Source: Myxococcota bacterium (GTDB taxonomy: Bacteria > Myxococcota_A > UBA796 > SXON01). From it: a DNA stretch of 64,000 nt. The position numbers were made by a program, and so were the translations under genes. Where the stretch lies: the NCBI GenBank assembly GCA_040386535.1, contig JAZKFH010000055.1, forward strand, positions 85,343 to 149,342, in the 5' to 3' direction. The notes below the pieces were generated by a model. The model did not search any database, was not told where the DNA came from, and saw only the letters and a list, made by a program, of their open reading frames with translations. Position 1 is the stretch's first letter, and each line of letters opens with the position of its first letter. This document shows positions 9,389 to 18,373 of the stretch, piece after piece.

Positions 9389-9507
9389 CCACACTCCAAC
9401 CAGTGGCCTTAGTCTACCCCAGAATCCCGGGATGCCCCTGCAAGATGCCCAGCGCGCTCGGCCGCGAGAAGCAGGTGGGTTAGCAGGCGCGCGACGGAGA
9501 CACAGAT

Positions 9508-10236
9508 ATGGACCAGGCGAGACTTTCCTGGATCGCACACCGGTTTCATCGCTTCTGCTCTCCCATCGATCCGCTGCGACTCGACGAGCTGCTCGCCCAC
9601 GTCCCTCTCGGCGCGGATGACAGGGTCCTCGACGTTGGCTGCGGCAACGGCGAGATGCTCGCACACGTGACGCGAGCCGCCGGCGCGCGAGGGCTGGGAC
9701 TGGAGCGCAGCCCCTTCCTGATTCCGGAGATCCGGCGGCGGATCGACGCGGGGGCCCCCATGGAGGTCGTTCCGGGAGACGCCCAGGATGCCGAACTCGT
9801 TCCGGGCTTCGCACTCGCGATGTGCATCGGCTCCACCCACGCGTGGGGCGGCATTGGCCCTACGCTGGATCGCTTCGCCGATTTGGTCGCCCCCGGTGGT
9901 CACGTCCTCCTCGGCGAACTGTACTGGAAATCGCCGCCCACACAGGCCTTCTTGGAGCTTCTGGGTGCGCCGCGGGATGCGTTCATGGACCTTGCCTCCA
10001 CCGCCTGGAGCGGCGAGCGGAGCGGCTTCACGTTCATCCGCGGACAGACGAGCTCGGAAAGCGAGTGGGACGCCTACGAAGGCCTGTACCACCAATCGAT
10101 CGACGCCTGGCTCCGAGAGCATCCCGACGATCCCGACCATGCAGAGATGCGTGTACGCTTCCGCGCCGTTCGTGACCGCTATTGGGGTGGCGGCCGCGAC
10201 CATCTCGGGTTCGCCCTGCTGCTCTACAGACGCTGA
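9508..10236 (+). CDS. Class I SAM-dependent methyltransferase
   Basis: RVLDVGCGNG, CIGSTH and PGGHVLLGE motifs. Confidence 0.9.
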   Translation: MDQARLSWIAHRFHRFCSPIDPLRLDELLAHVPLGADDRVLDVGCGNGEMLAHVTRAAGARGLGLERSPFLIPEIRRRIDAGAPMEVVPGDAQDAELVPGFALAMCIGSTHAWGGIGPTLDRFADLVAPGGHVLLGELYWKSPPTQAFLELLGAPRDAFMDLASTAWSGERSGFTFIRGQTSSESEWDAYEGLYHQSIDAWLREHPDDPDHAEMRVRFRAVRDRYWGGGRDHLGFALLLYRR

Positions 10237-10299
10237 GGCACTCGCTCTCCGCCGGCATTCGTGTACCGTAGGTCTGCCGCATGCACGGCGGAGGTCCCG

Positions 10300-10809
10300 T
10301 TGAAACGCGCGCTGAAGATCCTGGGTGTCCTGTGGGCCGTGGGCCTCGTCGGTTGGGCCGTCGCCGCGGCGCAGGGCTGGGTGGGGGCCGAGGCGAGCAA
10401 GGAGCTCACGCGCTCGGAGGACACCGGCGACCGGCCCCTGCTCCGCGCGACGAAGAGCGACGCGGGCGAGAGCGTCGTCGTCGAGAAGGAACGCCGCAAA
10501 AAGGCTCGCCTCCAGCGGGAGCGCCGCGAAGCCGAGGCGCTCCAGAAGCTCGCCGAGCCGGCTCCCACGACGGAGGGCGCGGCGCCGCTGCTCCCCGCCA
10601 CCAAGTCCGCCGCGGTTCCTCCCCGCCCCGAGCAGGACCAACCCGCGCTGCTCCCCAGCACCAAGTCCAGCATGCTGGACGGGATCGGCGGGCTCCGTCC
10701 GGCCAGGGGCACCCAGATCGGGTCAGGCGGCCTCGGCGCCCGCGGGAGCGGGCTCGGCGAGACCGAACCCCAAACGCAAGACCAGCAGCAAGAGGCGAAG
10801 GAGCGGTGA
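10300..10809 (+). CDS. Membrane-anchored/secreted low-complexity protein with three LLx[AS]TKS motifs
   Basis: Probable TTG start; N-terminal hydrophobic helix; LLRATKS, LLPATKS and LLPSTKS. Its stop overlaps the next start (GTGA). Confidence 0.6.
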   Translation: MKRALKILGVLWAVGLVGWAVAAAQGWVGAEASKELTRSEDTGDRPLLRATKSDAGESVVVEKERRKKARLQRERREAEALQKLAEPAPTTEGAAPLLPATKSAAVPPRPEQDQPALLPSTKSSMLDGIGGLRPARGTQIGSGGLGARGSGLGETEPQTQDQQQEAKER

Positions 10810-11576
10810 TCGACCTGCTCGGCGCGGTGCTCCTCCACCTCGTGTGGGTGGCCGCGGTCTTCACCCCCCTGGAGCGCATGTGGCCGGCCCGCGGGGAGCC
10901 CGCCGGTTTGCGTCCGGCGTGGCGCACGGACCTCGTGTTCTACGCCGCGCAGGGCCTCCTGTTCACGCCCGCCGTCGCGTGGGTGATCCACACCGCCGCC
11001 GCCCCGCTCAGGAACGCTGCGATCCTCGCGCCCGCGCAGGCCGCGTTCGTGACGCTGCCCGTGTTCTTCCAGGTGGTCGTAGTGCTCGTCGGCGCCGACC
11101 TCTTCGCGTACTGGGGCCACCGGGCGCAGCACGCGTGGGAGCCGCTCTGGCGCTTCCACGCGATCCACCACACCGCCGAGCATGTCGACTGGCTGGCCGC
11201 TTACCGCGAGCACCCAGGCGACACGCTCTACACCCAGGCGCTCGTCAACGTGCCCGTGCTGCTCCTGGGCTTCGATCTGCGCGCCTGGCTCGGGCTCGTC
11301 GTGCTGCGCGGCTCCTGGGCGATCCTCGTCCACAGCGACGTGCGGCTGCCGCTCGGCCCGCTCCGCTGGATCTTCGGCGCGCCGGAGTTCCACCGCGCCC
11401 ACCACGACCGCGATCGGCACGTGGGGCACTACGCCAACCTCGCGCCCTGGCTGGACGTGCTCTTCGGCACCCACGGCCCCGTCGGCGAGCCCGCGCGGTT
11501 CGGGGTGAACGAGCCCTACCCGCGGAGCTGGGTCGGCATGATGGTGTGGCCGTTCCGGACGCGCCGGCGCGCCTGA
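10806..11576 (+). CDS. Sterol desaturase / fatty acid hydroxylase family protein
   Basis: His boxes YWGHRAQH, FHAIHH, HSD and FHRAHH; NLAPWLDVLFGT. Confidence 0.9.
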   Translation: MIDLLGAVLLHLVWVAAVFTPLERMWPARGEPAGLRPAWRTDLVFYAAQGLLFTPAVAWVIHTAAAPLRNAAILAPAQAAFVTLPVFFQVVVVLVGADLFAYWGHRAQHAWEPLWRFHAIHHTAEHVDWLAAYREHPGDTLYTQALVNVPVLLLGFDLRAWLGLVVLRGSWAILVHSDVRLPLGPLRWIFGAPEFHRAHHDRDRHVGHYANLAPWLDVLFGTHGPVGEPARFGVNEPYPRSWVGMMVWPFRTRRRA

Positions 11577-11766
11577 GGGCCCGCTCCTCAATAATGTCCG
11601 CATTCGGCCGCCCCTGGGCTCGCGTCCGCGGCGTCGCTCGTCGGTCACATGCCTACGGGCATGCTCCCTCCTCGCTCCTTGCGGCCGCGGCCCAGGGTCG
11701 CCCTCGGTGCTGGACATTGTTTCCGGGCGGACCCTGAGCCGCCGCCCGTCTGCGTTATCCCACCCC

Positions 11767-12261
11767 ATGGTTGGCCTTTGGATAGGACTCTCCGCCCGCG
11801 CAACCGAGGACACGATCCAACGCCACCTCATGCGTTGGTTCCCGCGGGTGGAGATCATGACCCGTGGCATCGCCGACGCATCGAAGCGCGCCCGTTGGCC
11901 ATCGATCGTCTTCGAGGTGGATCACAGTCCTAAGGTCGAAGACTTCCCCTACGTGGTCGACTTCGCCTGCTTCCCCGGACCGGACGATCAGGCCGTTCTC
12001 GCCGGGCTCGTCCTCGCGAGGCGCCTCTCTTCTGTCCTGCGATGCAGGGCCATCAGTGACGGGAGCCGCATGGGAGACAACGAGAGCCCCTATTGGAGCA
12101 TCATCTGGGAGCGCCGCCAAGCCTTCCTCGCCTACGATCTCGACACCGTCTTCGCGGATGGTGAGGGTGGACAAGTGCTTGTCGTCCGCCCGATAACTCC
12201 CCCGGCCGCCGAGCTGAACGAGCACGCCGCCGTCGTTCGCCGGGCTCCGGTCCTGCCGTAG
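11767..12261 (+). CDS. Hypothetical protein
   Basis: Globular-looking ORF with lower GC; start uncertain (11707 or 11767). Confidence 0.5.
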   Translation: MVGLWIGLSARATEDTIQRHLMRWFPRVEIMTRGIADASKRARWPSIVFEVDHSPKVEDFPYVVDFACFPGPDDQAVLAGLVLARRLSSVLRCRAISDGSRMGDNESPYWSIIWERRQAFLAYDLDTVFADGEGGQVLVVRPITPPAAELNEHAAVVRRAPVLP

Positions 12262-12361
12262 ATCCTCACCCCCGTGCCCGAAATACGCGCTCACGCGCTC
12301 GGGCGCCCCCAACGCGCCAACCCACCCACCCCGTGTGTGAACGCGCCCACCCGCGCCAGAA

Positions 12362-12928
12362 TCAGAACGAGATTGCCACCTCCTCGACCGCGAGGCCGTA
12401 GGACGGGTCGAGCACCTCGGCACCAGCGCCGAAGCCGCTGACCTCGACGAACACGAGGTCCGCCGCGAGCTCGTCGCCCGGGCTGTCGGTGCGCTGAAAC
12501 CACCCTGCGCCGTCCACGGCCACCCAGAACGACGTCGCGGCGGCGCCGCTGGGATCGCCGCGCGCGAGCACCACGGCAAAGTCGACCGGCAGCAGGCGGA
12601 CGCCCGCGGCGTCGGTCACGAGCGTGGCGAGCAGGGGCCACGTCGCGACCGCGTCCGTGAACGCCGGGGGCATGTCGACGTCCCAGGCCTGGGCCGTGCG
12701 CGCGCCGTCGGGGTCGAGCGTCAGGTCGAAGCTCGGGCTCCCCATCTCGTAGGCGACCCCGGCGACCAGCGCGAGGCCGGCGGTCGTATCGACGGCCCAG
12801 CCCGCCGCGACGCCGTTCCATTCGTCGAAGCCGCCGAAGTCGGCGGGCGCCAGCTCGATCGTCTCCCGGACGGTCAGGGGTTCGGGGGTGGGCTCGGGCT
12901 CACAGGCGAGGAGGGAGAGCAGCAGCAT
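12362..12928 (-). CDS. Hypothetical lipoprotein
   Basis: MLLLSLLAC lipobox followed by an EPEPTPEP linker; host-like codon usage. Confidence 0.7.
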   Translation of the reverse strand: MLLLSLLACEPEPTPEPLTVRETIELAPADFGGFDEWNGVAAGWAVDTTAGLALVAGVAYEMGSPSFDLTLDPDGARTAQAWDVDMPPAFTDAVATWPLLATLVTDAAGVRLLPVDFAVVLARGDPSGAAATSFWVAVDGAGWFQRTDSPGDELAADLVFVEVSGFGAGAEVLDPSYGLAVEEVAISF

Positions 12929-13109
12929 GGCAACAGAGTAAGCAAGGCGCGGGCCAGGGGGGCTCGCCCGCTCGCGGGGGTGCCACTCTACACACCCAAC
13001 CCGCCCCCGCCACCCCCCATCGTGTCAATCCCCTGCCAACCCGCGTCCGCGCCCCCCATGTCCCGCGCCGGCCACGGTTGGTAACTATTCCTCTCGTGGG
13101 GGGAAGAAA

Positions 13110-15314
13110 ATGTCGAGATCCAGTCGGTCCGTCTCTCTGTTCGCGTCGTCGCTCCTGATCTATGGGCTCGTGCCGGCCGCCCATGCCAGCACCGTCGAGG
13201 TGCTCTCCACACCCGCGTTCCTCGAGCCCACCACCGGCAAGACGCCGGGGGACAAGGATGGTTGCCCGCCGGTGTCGTCCAACGCCGATCCCGAGGAGGG
13301 CACGCTCCACGCGCGGATCGTGGTCACGGCGACGATCATCGATCCCAACGTGCTCGTCGTAGACACCAACAACCCCGGAACCGACAGCATCGACGACCTC
13401 ACGCTCGACGATCCCACCACGGGCACGGCGAGCACCGCGGGGGTGGTGCGTGATCTCGACTACCTCGACGGGCTGGACGACGGGCAGCTCGCGCCCGGCA
13501 CGTACGACGTGTACTTCAACCTAGACAAGACGGACTACGTGCAGGGCGCGACCCCGACCACGTCGACCAACTGCGCGGGCCGCTCCTTCACCAACGACCG
13601 CGAGAAGTACACCCTGACCCTCCGGTCGGGCACCACCGCGGTGGCGGGCGCCACCGACGACCTGACCGTGGTGATGTTGGGGAGCGCGGGCGTCAAGCAG
13701 AACGATCTCGACTGGCTCGACACCGCGCCCGACTCGATCGGCCTCGCGCCCGGCGGGGAGTTCTGCATCCGGTCCAAGTACCGCCAGTCGAGCGCCCAGG
13801 GCCTGTTCGAGCTCATCGGCAACGCGTTCTACAACGCCAACGTCCTCCGGCTCGACCACGTCAACCTGTTCTACTACGACACCAACGGCGCGGACCCGGG
13901 CTCCATCGCGACCGGCATCCCCGGTGTCACCGCGCCGGGTGTCACCCCCGAGGACACCTTCTTCGACCAGGTGTACTTCGACGCCGCGGCGCTGGACAGC
14001 CTCGGCAACGGCGGGGACGACCTCTCGAGCGGCGATCACTGGGTGAGCGAGTTCTGCTTCACCGTGGTGGGCTCCGGCAGCACGTTCTTCTCGCCGTACT
14101 GGGTCACGCGCGCCTCCTCCACCAGCAACTACAAGGTCGACTCCGGCTTCGGCGAGGCGGTGGTCCTCAACCCCGCCTCACTCACGATCCTCAAGGAGTG
14201 TGACCCCGCCGAAGCCGTCGTGGCGGGCGCCGAGACCATGCTCACCCACAGCCTGACCGTGTGTAACGAGGGCGCCGGCGACGCCGCGGACGTCATCGTC
14301 GTGGACACGCTCCCGGTCGAAGAGGTGGAGTGTGTGTCCGCCGAGTCGGGCGACGCGACGATCCCCGACGGGGTGTGTGACAACGTCGCCCACACCGTGA
14401 CGTGGGAGATTGGGACCCTCGCGGCCGGCGAGTGTGTCGACCTGCCCTTCGTGGTGGCCGTCACGGCGGATGGCGACCCCAACCCCGCCCTCACGAACGA
14501 CGGCGCCACGGCGAGCGGCGTGGGCGCCGAGACCGGGACCGAGGTGAGCGCCGACACCGCCGAGACCTGCCCCTACGACGTGCTGGTGCCGAGCTTCACC
14601 GTGGACAAGGAGGCCAACGCGGAGGTGTTCTCCCCGGGCGAAACGGTCACCTACTCGATCACCGTGACCAACACGGGCACGGTCGACCTCGAGAACCTCG
14701 CCGTGAGCGACGATGTCGACGAGGCGAGCTTCCAGGAGTTCGGCGCCATCAGCGACGGCGGCGTGTTCGCGGCGGGTCTCATCACCTGGACCGTCCCGTC
14801 GCTGCTCGCGGGCGAGTCGATCGTGCTCACCTACGACGCGGTCCTGCTGGCCGCGGGCGCCTTCGATCCGGCCGACTGTGTCGGCACGTTCAACGACGTG
14901 CTCAACAACGTGACCGTGGAGAGCGACTTCGGCATCGAGGAGGACAGCGAGACGATTTGTGTCGCCGCCGCCCCGCTCCTCACGATCACCAAGGTCGCCA
15001 ACGGGACGACCCCGGTGGAGGTCACCGTGGCGAACAGCGCGTCCGCGGACAGCGCCGAGACGGCCCCCGTGCAGGCCAGCGCCGAGGCCGTGACCGCGGT
15101 GGGGGCGACGGACGTGGCGTACACGATCACCGTCAGCAACACCGGCGACGCCGCGGCGAGCGCCGTGGTCGTCCAGGACGTGCTCCAGAGCGTGACGTTC
15201 CAGAGCGCCACGCCCGCCCCGAGCACCCAGGTGGCCGGCACCCTCACGTGGCAGATCGGCACGCTCGGCGTCGGCGCCTCCGCCGAAATCGACCTGACCG
15301 TGCGCGCGGAGTAG
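13110..15314 (+). CDS. Secreted protein with DUF11 (conserved repeat) Ig-like domains
   Basis: Signal peptide ending AHA; three repeats of the type LTI.K...YTITV.NTG...V.D.L...TW.IGTL..G. Confidence 0.85.
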   Translation: MSRSSRSVSLFASSLLIYGLVPAAHASTVEVLSTPAFLEPTTGKTPGDKDGCPPVSSNADPEEGTLHARIVVTATIIDPNVLVVDTNNPGTDSIDDLTLDDPTTGTASTAGVVRDLDYLDGLDDGQLAPGTYDVYFNLDKTDYVQGATPTTSTNCAGRSFTNDREKYTLTLRSGTTAVAGATDDLTVVMLGSAGVKQNDLDWLDTAPDSIGLAPGGEFCIRSKYRQSSAQGLFELIGNAFYNANVLRLDHVNLFYYDTNGADPGSIATGIPGVTAPGVTPEDTFFDQVYFDAAALDSLGNGGDDLSSGDHWVSEFCFTVVGSGSTFFSPYWVTRASSTSNYKVDSGFGEAVVLNPASLTILKECDPAEAVVAGAETMLTHSLTVCNEGAGDAADVIVVDTLPVEEVECVSAESGDATIPDGVCDNVAHTVTWEIGTLAAGECVDLPFVVAVTADGDPNPALTNDGATASGVGAETGTEVSADTAETCPYDVLVPSFTVDKEANAEVFSPGETVTYSITVTNTGTVDLENLAVSDDVDEASFQEFGAISDGGVFAAGLITWTVPSLLAGESIVLTYDAVLLAAGAFDPADCVGTFNDVLNNVTVESDFGIEEDSETICVAAAPLLTITKVANGTTPVEVTVANSASADSAETAPVQASAEAVTAVGATDVAYTITVSNTGDAAASAVVVQDVLQSVTFQSATPAPSTQVAGTLTWQIGTLGVGASAEIDLTVRAE

Positions 15315-15436
15315 CACGAGCGAATCCGCGCACCGTGACGTACCCGAGCGGGGTGTGACCGAGACGGTCACGGATCACGCCCCGCCTCGGAACGGAGACG
15401 CGAGTCCTTTCGAGTCTTTGACAGCCACCCGGCCCC

Positions 15437-15452
15437 TGGCACGCGCCTTGCT
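15437..15452 (+). promoter_or_regulatory. Sigma54 (-24/-12) promoter
   Basis: TGGCACG-CGCC-TTGCT matches TGGCACG-N4-TTGCW exactly, about 25 bp upstream of the TolC start. Confidence 0.7.
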
Positions 15453-15476
15453 CCCGAGGTCGCCGGGAGGTCGCCG

Positions 15477-16667
15477 ATGTCTTTGCCGAGGTCTTCGCCG
15501 CGGCGGAGGTTGTTCATCGCGAGTCTGCTCGTGCTCGGGTGGACCCCCGCGTTCGCCTCCGCCGAGACGCTCGACTTCGAGGCGGCGGTCCGCGCGGCGG
15601 TCGACCAGGGTGCCGACGCTCGCATCGTCTCCGCCGAAGCCGATCGCGCGCGCGCCGAGGCCCGCGGGTACGCCGCGTGGCAGGGCAACCCGGAGCTCGA
15701 CGTCGAGCACCTCCCCGGCGAGACCACCCTCTCGGTGACCGTGCTCGTCGAGCTCGCCGGCCAGCCAATCGTGCGGGCGAGCGCCGCGCGCCGCTCCCGC
15801 GAGGCCACCGACCTGCGCGCCGAGGCCGGGCGGGCTGCCGTCGGCGCCGCCGCGGGCGCCAGCTACCTCGACGCGGTGCGGGCCCACGAACAGGCGGAAC
15901 TCGCCGGCGCGGCCGAGGCCCTCGCGACCCGCCTCCGCGACGCCGCCGTGCGCCGCGCCGAGAGCGGGGACATCTCCCGCGTCGAGTCGGCGCTGCTTCA
16001 GGCAGAGGGCGCCCGCGCGCTCGACACGGTGTTGTCGCTCCAGCGGGACGCCGAGGCCGCCCTCCGTCGCCTCGGCGTGTTGACCGGCCAGGACGCCGCG
16101 CCCGCGGTGGGCGGGTGGCCCACGCTCCCGGAGCCGCCGTCGGTCGAGCCCGCCGAGCTCCCCACCATCGTCGCCGCGGGGTTGGAGACGCGCGCGGCCC
16201 TCGCCCGCCTGACCGCGGAGAGGCTCGATCGGGTGCCCGACCTGCACCTGCGCGGCGGGTGGTCGTTCGGGGAGCACGTGGGCCCCGTGTACGGCGCCGC
16301 CATCGAGATCCCGCTCTTCGCGCCCGGCGCTGCCAAGGTCCGGGTCGCGCGGGCGGAGGCCGACATCGCCGACGCGCAAGCTTCCCGCGAGGTCCTCGAC
16401 GTGCGCGCCTCGATCGCGGACGCGCGCGCCGAGCTCGCGATCGCCGAGCGGGTGTCCGCCGCGTGGGACATTCCCGGGCTCGACGCCGCGCTCGACGCCG
16501 CTGGGCGCCGCTACGAGGTCGGCGAGGCCTCGCTCACCACCTTCGTCGCCGAGCGGGACCTGGCCCTCGCCGCGCTCGGCGGCGCCATCGACGCCCGCTG
16601 GCGCCTGGAGCGCGCCCGGCTCGCGCTCTGGGAGCTCGCCGGGCAGTTGCCGTTGGAGGAACGTTGA
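15477..16667 (+). CDS. TolC/CzcC-family outer-membrane efflux protein
   Basis: Signal peptide, GNPEL, RAESGDISRVE and RYEVGEASL; first gene of an RND operon. Confidence 0.85.
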   Translation: MSLPRSSPRRRLFIASLLVLGWTPAFASAETLDFEAAVRAAVDQGADARIVSAEADRARAEARGYAAWQGNPELDVEHLPGETTLSVTVLVELAGQPIVRASAARRSREATDLRAEAGRAAVGAAAGASYLDAVRAHEQAELAGAAEALATRLRDAAVRRAESGDISRVESALLQAEGARALDTVLSLQRDAEAALRRLGVLTGQDAAPAVGGWPTLPEPPSVEPAELPTIVAAGLETRAALARLTAERLDRVPDLHLRGGWSFGEHVGPVYGAAIEIPLFAPGAAKVRVARAEADIADAQASREVLDVRASIADARAELAIAERVSAAWDIPGLDAALDAAGRRYEVGEASLTTFVAERDLALAALGGAIDARWRLERARLALWELAGQLPLEER

Positions 16668-18370
16668 TGTCCCTGCTCCTCGTCGCCACGCTCGCACGCG
16701 CGGGTGGGGGAGACGACCACGACCACGGCCCTCCCATCGCGAGCGCCACCTACACGGTCGTCACGGCGGACTCCGTCTCGGTGAGCGCGGCCTCGACCAC
16801 CTTCGAGGCGGTCCTCCGGGCGCCCCGGGCGGCTCCGGGCGTCGCGACCGACGTCTCGCTCCTCCTCGCGGACTACGCGACGAGCGCCCCGGTCGAGGGA
16901 GCCACGGGATCCCTCACGTTGAGCGGGCCCGGGTCGGCGCAGGCGGAGCTCGGGGCGGCTGGCTCCCCCGGCGCCTACCACGGCGCCCTCACGCTGCCGG
17001 CCTACGGCGACTACGCCGGCGCGCTCGTCGTCACCGCGCCCGGCGCGAGCGATCTGCTCGCCGTCTCCGGCCTCCACTACGACCCGCCCGCCGTCACGAG
17101 CGGGGAGGGGATGGGCGCCGGCACCGTGGCCCTCGCCGGCGCGGGCCTGCTCGCGCTGCTCGGCGTGGTGGCGGTGGTGTTCCTCGGCCTCGGGTTCCTG
17201 CTCGGTCGCCGCCGCGCGGCCGCGGCCGTCGCAACCCTGCTCGCCCTCGGCGTCGGCCTCTCCAGCCGCCGCGTGTCCGCGCACGGCGGGGAGGACCACG
17301 GCGAGGCGTCCACCGCGCCCACCGCCCCCGCCGGCGCCGCGCTCGCCCTCCCGATGGACAGCCAGTTCCTCGTCGGCCTGCGGACGGCCGTGCTCGCCCG
17401 CGACGCCTTCGTCGACCGCGTGCCCGCCCTCGGCCGCTTCGTCGCAAGGCCGGGCGAGGCCGCCACCCTCGGCGCCCCCGTGGACGGCGTGGTGGTCGCG
17501 CCCCCACGCGGCTTTCCGCACCCCGGCCAGGTCGTGAAGGCCGGCGACACGCTCGCGTTCCTGCAGGAGGTGCCGGGCACCGCCGACCGCGCCGCGATCG
17601 CGCAGGAGAGGGGCGGCGCCGCCACCCGTGTGGCCGAGGCGAAGAGCGCGCTCGCCCTCGCGCAGCGCGACGCCGCCTCGCTCGACGTGCTCGCCGACGC
17701 GATCTCCGAGCGCGAGCGCACCGCCCGTCGCAACGCGGTCGAGGTCGCGCGGGTCACGCTCCAGGAGGCCGAACGGGCGCTCGCGGCCCTCTCCGGAGGG
17801 GCCACGGTGGCGATCCGCGCGCCGGTCGACGGGCGCGTCGGCGCGGTCAACGCGCGGCCGGGCGACCAGGTCGCGGCCGGCACGACGCTCTTCCGCATCG
17901 TGGATCCTCGGGGAGGCGGCCTGTGGATGGAGGCCCACGTGCCCGAGCGGCTCGCGCTCGGTCTGGTCGCCGGCGCCTCCGCGCTGGTCACCCCCTCCGC
18001 CCTGCCCGGCCACACGCTCGAGGCCGTCGTGCTCGACGCGGGCCAGGAGGCCGACCCCGCCACCGGCATGGTCACGGTCACGCTCGCGGTGCAGGCCGGC
18101 GACCTCGGGCTGCGGCTCGGCATGGGCGCCACGGCCTGGATCGGGCGCGGCGCCCCTCGCGACGCGCTGGTGGTGCCCGCCGCCGCCGTCGTGGACAGCA
18201 ACGGCGCGCGCCTCGCGTTCGTGAAGACCGGCCCCGAGTCGTTCGAGGCCCGCGATCTGCGCCTCGGCGGCCGCGCCGGCGGCGCCTGGGAGGTGCTCGG
18301 GGGGCTCGCGCCCGGCGAGCGCGTCGTCGTGGACGGCACGTACACGCTCCGCAGCATCGCGGGGCGCTGA
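16667..18370 (+). CDS. RND periplasmic adaptor (CzcB/CusB-like) with an extra N-terminal domain
   Basis: APVDGVV, IRAPVDGRV, GDQVAAG, LVVPAAAVV and GLAPGERVVVDG MFP motifs; N-terminal GGGDDHDHG and internal AHGGEDHG. Confidence 0.9.
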   Translation: MSLLLVATLARAGGGDDHDHGPPIASATYTVVTADSVSVSAASTTFEAVLRAPRAAPGVATDVSLLLADYATSAPVEGATGSLTLSGPGSAQAELGAAGSPGAYHGALTLPAYGDYAGALVVTAPGASDLLAVSGLHYDPPAVTSGEGMGAGTVALAGAGLLALLGVVAVVFLGLGFLLGRRRAAAAVATLLALGVGLSSRRVSAHGGEDHGEASTAPTAPAGAALALPMDSQFLVGLRTAVLARDAFVDRVPALGRFVARPGEAATLGAPVDGVVVAPPRGFPHPGQVVKAGDTLAFLQEVPGTADRAAIAQERGGAATRVAEAKSALALAQRDAASLDVLADAISERERTARRNAVEVARVTLQEAERALAALSGGATVAIRAPVDGRVGAVNARPGDQVAAGTTLFRIVDPRGGGLWMEAHVPERLALGLVAGASALVTPSALPGHTLEAVVLDAGQEADPATGMVTVTLAVQAGDLGLRLGMGATAWIGRGAPRDALVVPAAAVVDSNGARLAFVKTGPESFEARDLRLGGRAGGAWEVLGGLAPGERVVVDGTYTLRSIAGR

Positions 18371-18373
18371 GCC

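Noticed and set aside
15330..15420. NiCo or other metal riboswitch before the RND operon
   Set aside because: A hairpin is present, but I could not find the conserved riboswitch nucleotides.
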